From: Candidatus Doudnabacteria bacterium
GTDB lineage: Bacteria; Patescibacteriota; Doudnabacteria; UBA920
Assembly (NCBI GenBank): GCA_963768175.1
Contig: CAVYGQ010000001.1
Coordinates: 254,305 to 318,304, forward strand
Direction of reading: 5' to 3'
DNA length: 64,000 bases
The translations under genes and the position numbers were made by a program. Below the pieces are notes generated by a model, which was not told the DNA's origin, ran no database searches, and saw only the letters and a list, made by a program, of their open reading frames with translations. Positions 1 to 10,174 of the stretch are shown one piece after another; within the stretch, counting starts at the first letter, position 1; each line of letters begins with the position of its first letter.

Positions 1-2
1 CT

Positions 3-1496
3 AACACTAATATCGTAGAACAACTCAAAAACAAAATTGCTAATTTCCAGGCTGACGTTAAAATTGAGAAAGTCGGCACTGTACTGGAAGTAGGGGACGG
101 CGTGGCGAGGGTGAGCGGATTAAAAGAATGCGCCAGCATGGAAATGTTGGATTTTGGCAATGATGTTTTTGGCGTAGCTTTAAACTTGGAAGAAAGCGTT
201 ATCGGAGCGATTATCCTTGGGGAATATCAAAAGATTAAAGCCGGCGACACGGTTCGTTTAACCGGAAAAATTTTATCCGTGCCGGTTGGCGAAGCTGTTG
301 TTGGCCGCGTGGTTAATGCTCTTGGAGTGCCTATTGACGGCAAAGGCCCGGTGAAATCCGATAAATTTTATCCGGTGGAAAAAATTGCTCCCGGCGTTAT
401 TACCCGCCAAGGCGTCAGGTCGCCGGTGCAAACCGGGATAAAAGCCATTGACGCGCTAATTCCCATCGGCCGGGGACAGCGCGAACTTATAATCGGCGAC
501 AGGCAAACCGGCAAGACGGCCTTGGCCATAGACACCATCATTAACCAAAAAGGCCAAAATATGATTTGCATTTACGTTGCCATTGGCCAAAAAGAAGGCA
601 AAGTTGCCAAAATTGTCGACACTTTGGAACAAGCCGGAGCTATGGAATACACCACCGTGGTTTCCGCCGGCGCCAGCGAGCCGGCCGCGCTTTCTTACAT
701 TGCGCCTTATGCCGGCTGCGCCATGGGCGAATATTTTATGGACCAGGGTAAAGATGTTTTAGTGGTTTATGACGACTTATCCAAACAAGCCGTGGCCTAC
801 CGCGAAATTTCTTTGCTCTTAAGGCGCCCGCCGGGACGCGAGGCTTACCCGGGCGATGTTTTTTATCTCCACAGCCGCTTACTGGAGCGCGCGGCAAAAC
901 TCAACCCGGATTTTGGCGGCGGAAGTTTAACCGCTTTGCCGATTGTGGAAACCCAAGCCGGCGACGTTACCGCTTACATCCCGACAAACGTCATTTCTAT
1001 TACCGACGGACAGATATTTTTGGAGACCGATTTATTTTACAAAGGCATCCGTCCGGCTTTGAACGTCGGCATTTCCGTGTCCCGCGTAGGCTCTTCCGCC
1101 CAAACCAAAGCGATGAAGAAAGTTGCCGGAAAATTAAAACTACAGCTCGCGCAATTTCGTGAGCTGGAAGCTTTTGCCCAGTTTGGCTCCGATTTGGATC
1201 CTGAAACCCAAAAACAGCTTGACCTTGGCCGCCGAATGACGGAAATTTTAAAACAGCCGCAATATACACCGTATGCTTTGGAAAAAGAAGTTACCGTATT
1301 ATACGCGGTCAACAACGGCTACTTTAACCCCATTCCCGTAGACAAAATGGCTGAAACGGAAAAAGCCTTCCACCAGTATATGGCCACGCAGGCAAAGGAC
1401 GTTTTATCGGAAATCGCCAAAACCAAAGAACTTTCGGATTCAACGGAAGCCAAATTAAAGACAGCGATTGAGCAGTTTGTATCAAGCACTAAATAA
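3..1496 (+). CDS. atpA: F0F1 ATP synthase subunit alpha (5' end lies just upstream of the window)
   Basis: The frame is open from base 3 (NTNIVEQ...VGDGVAR). It contains GDRQTGKT (Walker A) and [23 protein letters not shown]. Confidence 0.98.
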   Translation, partial: NTNIVEQLKNKIANFQADVKIEKVGTVLEVGDGVARVSGLKECASMEMLDFGNDVFGVALNLEESVIGAIILGEYQKIKAGDTVRLTGKILSVPVGEAVVGRVVNALGVPIDGKGPVKSDKFYPVEKIAPGVITRQGVRSPVQTGIKAIDALIPIGRGQRELIIGDRQTGKTALAIDTIINQKGQNMICIYVAIGQKEGKVAKIVDTLEQAGAMEYTTVVSAGASEPAALSYIAPYAGCAMGEYFMDQGKDVLVVYDDLSKQAVAYREISLLLRRPPGREAYPGDVFYLHSRLLERAAKLNPDFGGGSLTALPIVETQAGDVTAYIPTNVISITDGQIFLETDLFYKGIRPALNVGISVSRVGSSAQTKAMKKVAGKLKLQLAQFRELEAFAQFGSDLDPETQKQLDLGRRMTEILKQPQYTPYALEKEVTVLYAVNNGYFNPIPVDKMAETEKAFHQYMATQAKDVLSEIAKTKELSDSTEAKLKTAIEQFVSSTK

Positions 1497-1498
1497 AC

Positions 1499-1750
1499 AT
1501 GAACAATCCCGAAAAAGCGAGTCCCATATTTGACAAAAATGGCAAAGAGATCCAGAAAGGGAGCAAAGTCAGAATTTCTGAAGAAGGAAGGAAGGCTTTG
1601 GCGCTTCATAAACTGCCATATTTCGATAGCCTTCCAAATTTTAGAGGAAATGTAATCAGCCTCGAAAGAGGAAAGGTAATTATCGGACTCACGGAAATAA
1701 CTTCTTCAAGTAGATTTCAAATGGAACCGGAGTGGTTAATAGTTGAATAA
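1499..1750 (+). CDS. hypothetical protein inside the atp operon (KOW/SH3-like start)
   Basis: 83-aa ORF filling the atpA-atpG gap with 2-3 nt spacers. DKNGKEIQKGSKVRI resembles a beta-barrel motif. Confidence 0.6.
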   Translation: MNNPEKASPIFDKNGKEIQKGSKVRISEEGRKALALHKLPYFDSLPNFRGNVISLERGKVIIGLTEITSSSRFQMEPEWLIVE

Positions 1751-1753
1751 TTT

Positions 1754-2782
1754 ATGCCCGGAATTAAGGAACTTAAAACCAGAATAAAGTCTATTGGCGG
1801 CACCCGCAAGGTGACGCGGGCTATGCAAATGGTCAGCGCGGCCAAAATGCGCAAGAGCCAAGACGCGACCATGAGAAGCCGCAGTTACGCTTCTTTGGCT
1901 TGGGAGTTGATTATAAGTTTAAGCGGTGTCATTCCCGCGCAAGCGGAAATCTTAAACCAGGATCGAGATTCCGGCTCGGAGACCGGAATGGCACAACAGA
2001 TTGCGCGCTTGCTCCAATCTTTCCCCAAGGCCTCCAAAATCGCTGTCTTAATTCTCACCACAAACAGGGGAATGGTGGGTAGTTTGAATGCAAATTTACT
2101 GATGATGGTGCAAAAAACAATTCAATCTGGGAACCAAGGGGCATCCTCGGACCAGGCAAAACCTAAGACCGAAGATGCCCCTTGGCTTGAGGCGGATATT
2201 ATTACCTACGGCCGCAAAGGGCGGGATGTAATGGTCAAGAGCCACAAAGAAGTTTTGGCCGATTTTGAGAAATTTGATCGCGTTATAACCACGCAGGACA
2301 TTGAGCCAATTGCGAATTTTATTACCAATCTATACCTTTCCGGAAAATACCAAAAAGTTTTGATTTTTTATAACCATTTTGTGTCCACGCTGGCACAAAA
2401 GCCGACGGTAAAGCAGCTTCTCCCGTTTGCCTCCGATGTCATTGCGAGGAGTGCATCCGACGAAGCAATCTTACCTAAGGATAAAAAGATTGCCTCGGCT
2501 GCACTCGCAATGACAGATAGAAGCACCGATTACCTTTTCGAGCCTAACCCCAAAGAAGTTTTAGAACACTTACTCCCGCGCATCATAGAATCGCAGATAT
2601 ATCAAACAATATTAGAAAGCGAAGCCTCCGAACAGTCCGCCCGTATGGTCATGATGAAAAATGCCACCGAAGCCGCTGACGATCTGATTTCCGACCTGAC
2701 GCTGACATATAACAAATTAAGGCAGAACAAAATAACGACCGAACTGGCGGAAATAACCGCCGGTAAGATCGCTGTTGAATAA
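1754..2782 (+). CDS. atpG: F0F1 ATP synthase subunit gamma, carrying three in-frame palindromic insertions
   Basis: KVTRAMQMVSAAK at the N-terminus and ASEQSARMVMMKNAT...ITTELAEI at the C-terminus. Confidence 0.97.
   Translation: MPGIKELKTRIKSIGGTRKVTRAMQMVSAAKMRKSQDATMRSRSYASLAWELIISLSGVIPAQAEILNQDRDSGSETGMAQQIARLLQSFPKASKIAVLILTTNRGMVGSLNANLLMMVQKTIQSGNQGASSDQAKPKTEDAPWLEADIITYGRKGRDVMVKSHKEVLADFEKFDRVITTQDIEPIANFITNLYLSGKYQKVLIFYNHFVSTLAQKPTVKQLLPFASDVIARSASDEAILPKDKKIASAALAMTDRSTDYLFEPNPKEVLEHLLPRIIESQIYQTILESEASEQSARMVMMKNATEAADDLISDLTLTYNKLRQNKITTELAEITAGKIAVE
1926..1994. repeat. palindromic element (GTCATTCC...GGAATGGC) in frame in atpG
   Basis: gtgtcattcc pairs with ggaatggcac and there are internal hairpins. 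Encodes VIPAQAEILNQDRDSGSETGMA. Confidence 0.85.
2134..2185. repeat. 52-nt GGGGCATC palindromic element in frame in atpG
   Basis: ccaaggggcatc...gatgccccttgg, nearly identical to 3087-3138 in atpD. Confidence 0.92.
2437..2515. repeat. TGTCATTGCGAG palindromic element in frame in atpG
   Basis: 12-bp perfect terminal stem tgtcattgcgag/ctcgcaatgaca. Encodes VIARSASDEAI...IASAALAMT. Confidence 0.9.
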
Positions 2783-2875
2783 TAATTAATAATAAATCTT
2801 AAATCCTTAATCTTTAATCCAATTATGAACAAAGAAACAATATCACAAGCGACAAACTTTAATTAATTTTATAGC

Positions 2876-2946
2876 TGTCGTCCTGAGCGAAGCGAAGGAT
2901 CCCTTAACACAAGATAAAGAGATTCCTCACTGCGTTCGGAATGACG
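2876..2946. repeat. intergenic GTCATCCTGAG-family palindromic element
   Basis: gtcgtcctgagcgaagcgaaggatc...gagattcctcactgcgttcggaatgac. Relatives at 16646, 22337, 23895, 59453 and 63499. Confidence 0.85.
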
Positions 2947-2961
2947 CCTAAAGAGTATTAA

Positions 2962-4413
<1,452 letters not shown>

Positions 4414-4481
4414 GCATTGGATAACTAGACATTAGATGTTGGATTTCAGGCCAGGCACCTAACAACTAAAACCTAAAACCT

Positions 4482-4937
4482 ATGACAAAGCTCCACTTTC
4501 AATTAGTAACCCCCGAGCGCACTGTTCTTAACGAAGAACTGGACAGTTTGTCATGCCCTACAACTTTAGGGCAGATTACCATATTACCAGGGCATATTCC
4601 GCTGGTAGCCACTTTAGTGCCGGGAGAGCTAATAGCCCGCGTCGGCGGTAAAGAGCATTTTATTAACGTTACAGGCGGATTTATTGAAGTTAGGGCAAAT
4701 AACGAGGTGGCTGCGCTGGCGGATGCTGCTGAACATTATTATGAAATAAACGTGCAAAAAACCGAGGAAGCCGTAAAGCGAGCCCAGCAGGCCATGAAAG
4801 AAACCAAAATGTCTTCCGAGGAATATGCCAAAGTGGCGAGCAGTTTAAATCAAAGTCTTATGCGCCTGAACATAGCCCGTAAGCATGCACACCGAAGGAA
4901 TATGCCAATAACAGGGCAGGGGAATTTGCAGGAATGA
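4482..4937 (+). CDS. atpC: F0F1 ATP synthase subunit epsilon
   Basis: LVTPER, GQITILPGHIPLV and GGFIEV motifs. Follows atpD. Confidence 0.96.
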   Translation: MTKLHFQLVTPERTVLNEELDSLSCPTTLGQITILPGHIPLVATLVPGELIARVGGKEHFINVTGGFIEVRANNEVAALADAAEHYYEINVQKTEEAVKRAQQAMKETKMSSEEYAKVASSLNQSLMRLNIARKHAHRRNMPITGQGNLQE

Positions 4938-4952
4938 TTTTATATAAATAAT

Positions 4953-5041
4953 ATTGTTCGAGCCCTTCGACTCCGCTCAGGGCAGGCTTGTCGAGAACAA
5001 TGGTAAAAATATGCTTCTCTTCAGGGTCGAAGCATATTTTT
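4953..5041. repeat. composite palindromic elements (one nested)
   Basis: attgttc...gaacaat encloses cccttcgactccgctcagggcagg. It is followed by the hairpin aaaaatatgcttc...gaagcatattttt. Confidence 0.7.
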
Positions 5042-5042
5042 T

Positions 5043-5726
5043 ATGAAAATAGATTACCAACCAAAATCCCAGCTTGAAAAGTTTGGCAAAAAAATTATTG
5101 ATTTGCTTGTGGACAACTTCCCGCAAACTTTTTTTGTTGGCGGCATGGTCCGAGACTTGCTACTAGGCAAAATTTTAACTGATATTGATATCGCGACACA
5201 AGCAACGCCTTCGGAAGTCATAAAGTTGCTAACCAATAACAATGTTGTCTGCGATGGCGCGTACAGCCTTTTTGGAATAGTTGTGGCAAAAAGAGGGCGC
5301 TATAAAATTGAAATCGCCACTTTTCGCAAAGACTTGCCAAGCAAAAACAGATACCCAAAAATTTGTTTTGTAAAAAACTTAAAACAAGATAGTAACCGCC
5401 GCGATTTTACTATAAATGCCTTATATTTAAGCCCGAAAAGTGGAAGAATCCTGGATTTCCATCAAGGATTGAAAGATTTAAAATTGAAGCTCTTAAAATT
5501 TATCGGCAACCCGGAAAAACGGATTAAAGAAGACCCTTTAAGAATAATCAGAGCTTTGCGCTTTGCGCAAACTTTAAACTTCAAGTTGGATGGCAGGGCG
5601 AAAAATGCCATGGAGAAAAATTTTCCACTTGTAAAAACTTTGACGAAATCGCGGATAAAAAATGAGTTAGAAAAAATCGCAAACCTAAATCATAAAAAAA
5701 TCATTTTAAACATAATGGGTAAATAA
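5043..5726 (+). CDS. class II tRNA nucleotidyltransferase (CCA-adding/poly(A) polymerase family), short form
   Basis: VGGMVRD, DIDIAT, RRDFTINAL and EDPLRIIRALRF motifs. Confidence 0.92.
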   Translation: MKIDYQPKSQLEKFGKKIIDLLVDNFPQTFFVGGMVRDLLLGKILTDIDIATQATPSEVIKLLTNNNVVCDGAYSLFGIVVAKRGRYKIEIATFRKDLPSKNRYPKICFVKNLKQDSNRRDFTINALYLSPKSGRILDFHQGLKDLKLKLLKFIGNPEKRIKEDPLRIIRALRFAQTLNFKLDGRAKNAMEKNFPLVKTLTKSRIKNELEKIANLNHKKIILNIMGK

Positions 5727-5733
5727 AATTTGC

Positions 5734-5762
5734 TTGACATAAAATAAAAAAAACTCTATAAT
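5734..5762 (+). promoter_or_regulatory. sigma70 promoter, perfect consensus
   Basis: TTGACA (5734-5739), 17 nt spacer, TATAAT (5757-5762). Confidence 0.85.
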
Positions 5763-5984
5763 AAATTTATAATATAAATAATTACCGAAACGAAAAGATA
5801 ACTAACATAGAAAACAGAAAAAACTTATAAAGATAGAACTTGCAGTATCCAATAATCGCGTATTAGTTTCGCAAATAGTCTAAGATGACACTACTCAACT
5901 TGAGACATAAAGTTTCAAGATCCCAGGGTAGAAAATTAAGAAAGCTTGGCCAAAATTAGTCAAGCTTTCAGGGAGACTAGCCCA

Positions 5985-6047
5985 ATGGCTAAGAAAAGGA
6001 AAGTTGCAAAGAAGAAAAAGGGCGGTTCCAAAAAGAAGCGCCGCTAG
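5985..6047 (+). CDS. 20-aa Lys/Arg-rich small protein MAKKRKVAKKKKGGSKKKRR
   Basis: GGGAG SD-like site at 5971-5975, upstream consensus promoter and downstream terminator. Below the ORF-track length cutoff. Confidence 0.7.
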   Translation: MAKKRKVAKKKKGGSKKKRR

Positions 6048-6077
6048 TCTTTGCTTTCCGATGTTATCGGAATAACA

Positions 6078-6117
6078 AGGCCACCCCAAAATTAAGGGTG
6101 GTTTTGTTGTTTTTTTA
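6078..6117 (+). terminator. intrinsic terminator
   Basis: ccaccc...gggtgg stem followed by a T-rich tract. Confidence 0.65.
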
Positions 6118-6158
6118 CGCAATAGACAAAAACGCCCAAAAAATTGGGCGTTTTTGTC

Positions 6159-6235
6159 TGGCGGACTGAACGGGACTCGAACCCGCGACCTCTCCCGTGA
6201 CAGGGGAGCGCTCTAACCAACTGAGCTACCAGTCC
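6159..6235 (-). tRNA. tRNA-Asp(GTC)
   Basis: GGACTGG/TCAGTCC acceptor stem, CTGTCAC anticodon loop, TTCGAGT T-loop, G73 and encoded CCA. Confidence 0.96.
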
Positions 6236-6373
6236 GTATTGTAAAACCTATTTCGTGCCCCCCCCGACTACGCTCGGGACACCACTCGACTCCGTTTAGA
6301 GTTTGTGGTTGGTTGAGGCCTATACTAGGCCGAAATCACGAGCGAGTTTTGACGATAGTCAAAACGAGTTGAG

Positions 6374-6825
6374 TGGTGCCGAAGAGAGGAATTGCACCTC
6401 TGACCTTGGGCTTACTTGCCCGCCCACCAAATTTGAGGCGTTTAGAAAGGTTTTTTTGGTAGCGGGAAGAGGAATTGCACCTCTGACCTTGGGCTTACTT
6501 GCCCGCCCACCAAATTTGAGGCGTTTAGAAAGGTTTTTTTGGTAGCGGGAAGAGGAATTGCACCTCTGACCTTGGGCTTATGAGTTCCCACGCTCTAACT
6601 AACTGAGCTATCCCGCCATGTAACATATTGTTGGGAAATTTGGTGGGCGGGTGAAAGTCCCACGCTCCCCGCCCGTACCGAACGGTATGTTCGGGCGGGT
6701 AACTAACTGAGCTATCCCGCCATGTAACATATTGTTGGGAAATTTGGTGGGCGGGTGAAAGTCCCACGCTCCCCGCCCGTACCGAACGGTACGTTCGGGC
6801 GGGTAACTAACTGAGCTACCCCGGC
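6374..6825 (-). other. nested split-tRNA locus: two 5' halves, one intact tRNA and two 3' halves, separated by 16-bp inverted repeats
   Basis: 3' halves at 6374-6414 and 6457-6497. 5' halves at about 6656-6721 and 6760-6825. cccgcccaccaaattt at 6419 and 6502, with its reverse complement at 6636 and 6740. Confidence 0.8.
6540..6617 (-). tRNA. tRNA with CAT anticodon (elongator Met most likely, Ile2 not excluded)
   Basis: GGCGGGA/TCCCGCT acceptor stem, CTCATAA loop, A73-CCA. Atypical TGCAATT T-loop and one apparent extra A in the anticodon stem. Confidence 0.8.
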
Positions 6826-7188
6826 ACGCCGCAACTCGCTCCAAGCTCCAGAATTTGCTAAAGCAAATTACTTTCGCTTTCCGCGGTTGCTCCTCTTTCC
6901 CAAAAATCCGTGCTCGTCACCCTGAGGGTGACTGCGCTCCTAATTTTCAGGAGCCTTTTTTTATAAAAACCCTCGTGCAGAGGGTAAAATCTGTCACGAT
7001 TTTAACTTTTTTAGTTTAACAATGTCGCATTCGCAACCACGGATTAGCCATATGTTCCCAAATGGGCTCTCCAAATTTTCTTCCTGGAAATGTCCTAGGA
7101 AAATTTGGGGAGAGGGGCAACATTCCGAACGAAGTGGAGTATCTCGCCCAAAGCGCGATACAAAACGGAGTGAGGAATGATTAACCCG

Positions 7189-7264
7189 TGGTTGCGGGAC
7201 CCGGACTCGAACCGGGAACCTCAAGGTTATGAGCCTTGCGAGCTGCCAATTGCTCTATCCCGCG
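7189..7264 (-). tRNA. initiator tRNA-fMet(CAT)
   Basis: C1:A72 mismatch, CTCATAA loop and CCA end. The anticodon stem CAAGG/CCTTG has only two of the three G-C pairs usual for initiators. Confidence 0.92.
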
Positions 7265-7378
7265 ATAATAGCTGATATATTATACTACACAACCTTTTTA
7301 AAAGCAACCGGCTCTTTTTGACTTCAGCTTCGTTTAAAGCTAGACTTTGAATATCATACGGAAAGGAGGAGGCTTCCA

Positions 7379-7765
7379 ATGCCTCAACGCGGTTGTATCC
7401 TTGTTTTGATGCCCGGCACACTCGTGCCAGTAATGCCCCAAGTCTATGCCACCATTCGCCAGGGACCCGAAAAACATCCCGTGGAAGTCTATGTACCGCT
7501 AACAACACTAATAAAAGATAGGAAGAACTATTTCCACATCGAGGATGGGCCCCATTCTCTTTGTGCGGAACTCTATCCCAGAACCATAGCGGTACTGGAT
7601 ATGGGCAGCGGCAAGTTGTTGTGGCTGAACGAAGGTTTGCTGGCGCGCAACCCTCAAATTTGCGGGAGATGCTTTTGTGTACAACCAGTACACAAAGATG
7701 ACTGCCCCACCACAGGAAACGGCATCGACGGACCGCGGAATTCCGCGGCCGAGGTTGGGGGGTGA
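7379..7765 (+). CDS. hypothetical protein with a possible C-terminal zinc finger
   Basis: Strong AAGGAGG SD upstream. CGRC...H...C motif near the C-terminus. Confidence 0.55.
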   Translation: MPQRGCILVLMPGTLVPVMPQVYATIRQGPEKHPVEVYVPLTTLIKDRKNYFHIEDGPHSLCAELYPRTIAVLDMGSGKLLWLNEGLLARNPQICGRCFCVQPVHKDDCPTTGNGIDGPRNSAAEVGG

Positions 7766-7791
7766 GACCATCTCCCTTCCATTTTTAAAAC

Positions 7792-7827
7792 AAACCATCC
7801 CGCCTCTTTAAAGAGGCGGGATGGTTT
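7792..7827. terminator. bidirectional terminator hairpin
   Basis: Perfect palindrome aaaccatcccgcctctttaaagaggcgggatggttt with T tracts on both strands. Confidence 0.75.
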
Positions 7828-7829
7828 TA

Positions 7830-7975
7830 AATTATTTATTCCTTTTTTGCTTTAATTTCCCGCCTTTGGGCCAAAGGCTAGGGGAGGGCTCTCTTTCCCC
7901 TGATGTTATTCAGGATAATCCCGTCCTCTCCTAACCGCAAACCCAAAGGCGGAGATTAATGATTAGACTTCTGTT
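7830..7975 (-). ncRNA. candidate structured ncRNA
   Basis: Minus-strand TTGACA at 8003-8008 with a -10-like element near 7979-7986. Long rod 7852-7959 with internal loops, no ATG, and a terminator at 7792. Confidence 0.4.
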
Positions 7976-8047
7976 ATCACTCTATACCCAAGATTGATAA
8001 TTTGTCAAGCGGTTGTTTTTGGCTAAAAAATATAGTATAATAAGCGC

Positions 8048-9082
8048 ATGCAAACAACCATTCTTTACGTAATAATCCTTGTACTTTTGGCAGGTTTTGG
8101 CTTGCTTTTTTATTTTTTAACCGACTTAAAAAAGAAGACAGAAAAACCTACTGATGACCAAGGCATGAAAGTTATGATGGAATGGATGAAAGAGATAAAG
8201 CAAGGCACGGATGCCACACGCGAAGGCATGCAAAAAACCATCGACCAGACCAACAAGGCAATAAATGAACGATTGGACAATGCCGGCCGTGTAATCGCCG
8301 CGCTTACCAAAGAATTGGGAGGCATATCACAAGTCGGCCCGGACATCCGCCGGCTCACGGAAACTTTGGCGTCGCCCAAATTAAGAGGCAACTTTGGCGA
8401 AGAGATGCTGGAAAACATGCTTTCCCAGGCTTTGCCGAAAAACGGTTACGAAATCCAGCACAAATTTAATAACGGCGAAGTGGTGGATGCGATTATTTAC
8501 GTTGGGGACAAGATTTTGCCCATAGACAGCAAATTCAGCATGGAAAACTTCCGGCTTTACAAAGAAGCCAAAACCGAAGAGGCCGCCGAGGGCTTAAAAA
8601 AATCTTTTTTAAAAGACGTTAAAAAACGAGTAGACGAAATCCACAAAAAATATATTCTGCCGCAGGAGAACACTTTTGATTTTGCATTAATGTACATCCC
8701 TTCCGAAGGCGTATTCAGCGAGGTACTGGACGATACGGCGACGTTAACTTACGGCAGGGAAAAAAAAGTCTATTTTGTCAGCCCGAACACCCTGTATCAT
8801 CATTTGCAAATAATTTTATTGTCGCTTCGCGGGCAAAAGGTTAACGAAGCAGCCCAGCAGATATTGGCAATGATAGCCGGTATTAAACAGGAATCCGATA
8901 AATTCGGCCGCAATTTGGAAGTCTTGGGCAGTCACATCAAAAACGCCGGCAACACCATGGGCACGGTCAACAACGACTTTGCCAAATTAAAAACCAGCAT
9001 TAGCAACGCCGCGACGCTAGAGCTAAAAGAAACCGGCGAGGTAGATAAAGCCGCTGAAAAACCCCAAAAGTTATTGGAATAA
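8048..9082 (+). CDS. rmuC: DNA recombination protein RmuC
   Basis: N-terminal TM helix, coiled coil, RGNFGE, VDAII, IDSKF and DFALMYIPSE motifs. Confidence 0.93.
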   Translation: MQTTILYVIILVLLAGFGLLFYFLTDLKKKTEKPTDDQGMKVMMEWMKEIKQGTDATREGMQKTIDQTNKAINERLDNAGRVIAALTKELGGISQVGPDIRRLTETLASPKLRGNFGEEMLENMLSQALPKNGYEIQHKFNNGEVVDAIIYVGDKILPIDSKFSMENFRLYKEAKTEEAAEGLKKSFLKDVKKRVDEIHKKYILPQENTFDFALMYIPSEGVFSEVLDDTATLTYGREKKVYFVSPNTLYHHLQIILLSLRGQKVNEAAQQILAMIAGIKQESDKFGRNLEVLGSHIKNAGNTMGTVNNDFAKLKTSISNAATLELKETGEVDKAAEKPQKLLE

Positions 9083-9084
9083 TT

Positions 9085-9672
9085 ATGTCTGACTTAAAAC
9101 CATATGAGTTAGGAGAGATAAACAGTCAAATGTCGGCCATGGGGAAATTCGCCGATATTTACGAAGCCAAAAAAGATCCGGACATTTTAGTAAAAGAATT
9201 TGACTCCGATAACCTTGAAGAAATAAAAAAAGCTTACGCTTTTATTAAAAATAACTTTTCTGATTTTACCCCACGGCATCAATTAGTTATTTTTGCAGAA
9301 GATGGACAACCGACCCCGGCTATAATTACAGAAAGGGTGCAGCCTGCCCAAATGAAAGATTACAGAAAAACCGCGGAAAAACTGGAAAACTTGTTGGTAG
9401 GAGCCGTTACTCTTTACTTGAAAAATTTCAATGCTGGTTTCATCCCCGACATAAGCAAAACCGAAAATTTACTATATGGAACAACAAGAAGCAACCCCGA
9501 ACCAAAATGGTATTTAATAGATACTTTCCCCGTATTATGCATATCAGTTAAAGAACTAAGAGAGTCACTGGGCAAAATTACCGATCCATTTATGAATTAC
9601 TACCAGTTTCCAAAAATAAATCAATTAATTAATTTATTAAACCAAAAAGAAAATGAGCATAAGAAATCCTGA
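9085..9672 (+). CDS. hypothetical protein with weak kinase-fold hints
   Basis: 195-aa AT-rich ORF tightly packed in the operon. GKFADIY...LVKE, and WYLID. Confidence 0.55.
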   Translation: MSDLKPYELGEINSQMSAMGKFADIYEAKKDPDILVKEFDSDNLEEIKKAYAFIKNNFSDFTPRHQLVIFAEDGQPTPAIITERVQPAQMKDYRKTAEKLENLLVGAVTLYLKNFNAGFIPDISKTENLLYGTTRSNPEPKWYLIDTFPVLCISVKELRESLGKITDPFMNYYQFPKINQLINLLNQKENEHKKS

Positions 9673-10171
9673 CCAGCGTGTCGGTGTGTTCGTGGACGTG
9701 CAGAATTTATATTATTCCGCGCGCAATATTTATAATGCCAGAGTAAAGTTTAACGAGGTCTTAGATGCGGCTGTGGCCGGGCGCAAGCTTATCCGCGCCA
9801 TTGCTTATGTCGTTAAAGCCGACATGCCCGAAGAGCACACTTTTTTTGAGGCTCTGGAAAAAGCCGGCTTTGAGGTAAAAATGAAGGATCTGCAAACTTA
9901 TGCCGGCGGGCACCAAAAAGGTGATTGGGACGTAGGCATTGCCATGGATATTATCAAGCTGATGAATAAGCTGGACGTGATAGTTTTGGCCAGCGGCGAC
10001 GGCGACTACTTGCCGCTACTTGAATATTTGCAAATGTCCGGCCAGTTTACCGAGACTCTGGCTTTTGGCAAATCCTGCTCCGGCAAAATTAAGGAAGTGA
10101 CCGACTTTTTTATAGATCTGGACGAAAACCCACGCAAATTTTTAATGCCAATAAAAACAGGGAGAAAATAA
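9653..10171 (+). CDS. NYN domain protein (LabA/DUF88)
   Basis: VFVDVQNLY, KGDWDVGIAMD and LASGDGDY motifs. Confidence 0.92.
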   Translation: MSIRNPDQRVGVFVDVQNLYYSARNIYNARVKFNEVLDAAVAGRKLIRAIAYVVKADMPEEHTFFEALEKAGFEVKMKDLQTYAGGHQKGDWDVGIAMDIIKLMNKLDVIVLASGDGDYLPLLEYLQMSGQFTETLAFGKSCSGKIKEVTDFFIDLDENPRKFLMPIKTGRK

Positions 10172-10174
10172 TGT

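Noticed and set aside
6374-6825. CRISPR array or group I intron
   Set aside because: The repeats are tRNA halves with identical rather than unique spacers. There are no cas genes and no room for a group I catalytic core.
6303-7224. ORFs called over the tRNA cluster
   Set aside because: They are translations of tRNA and repeat sequence with no protein features.
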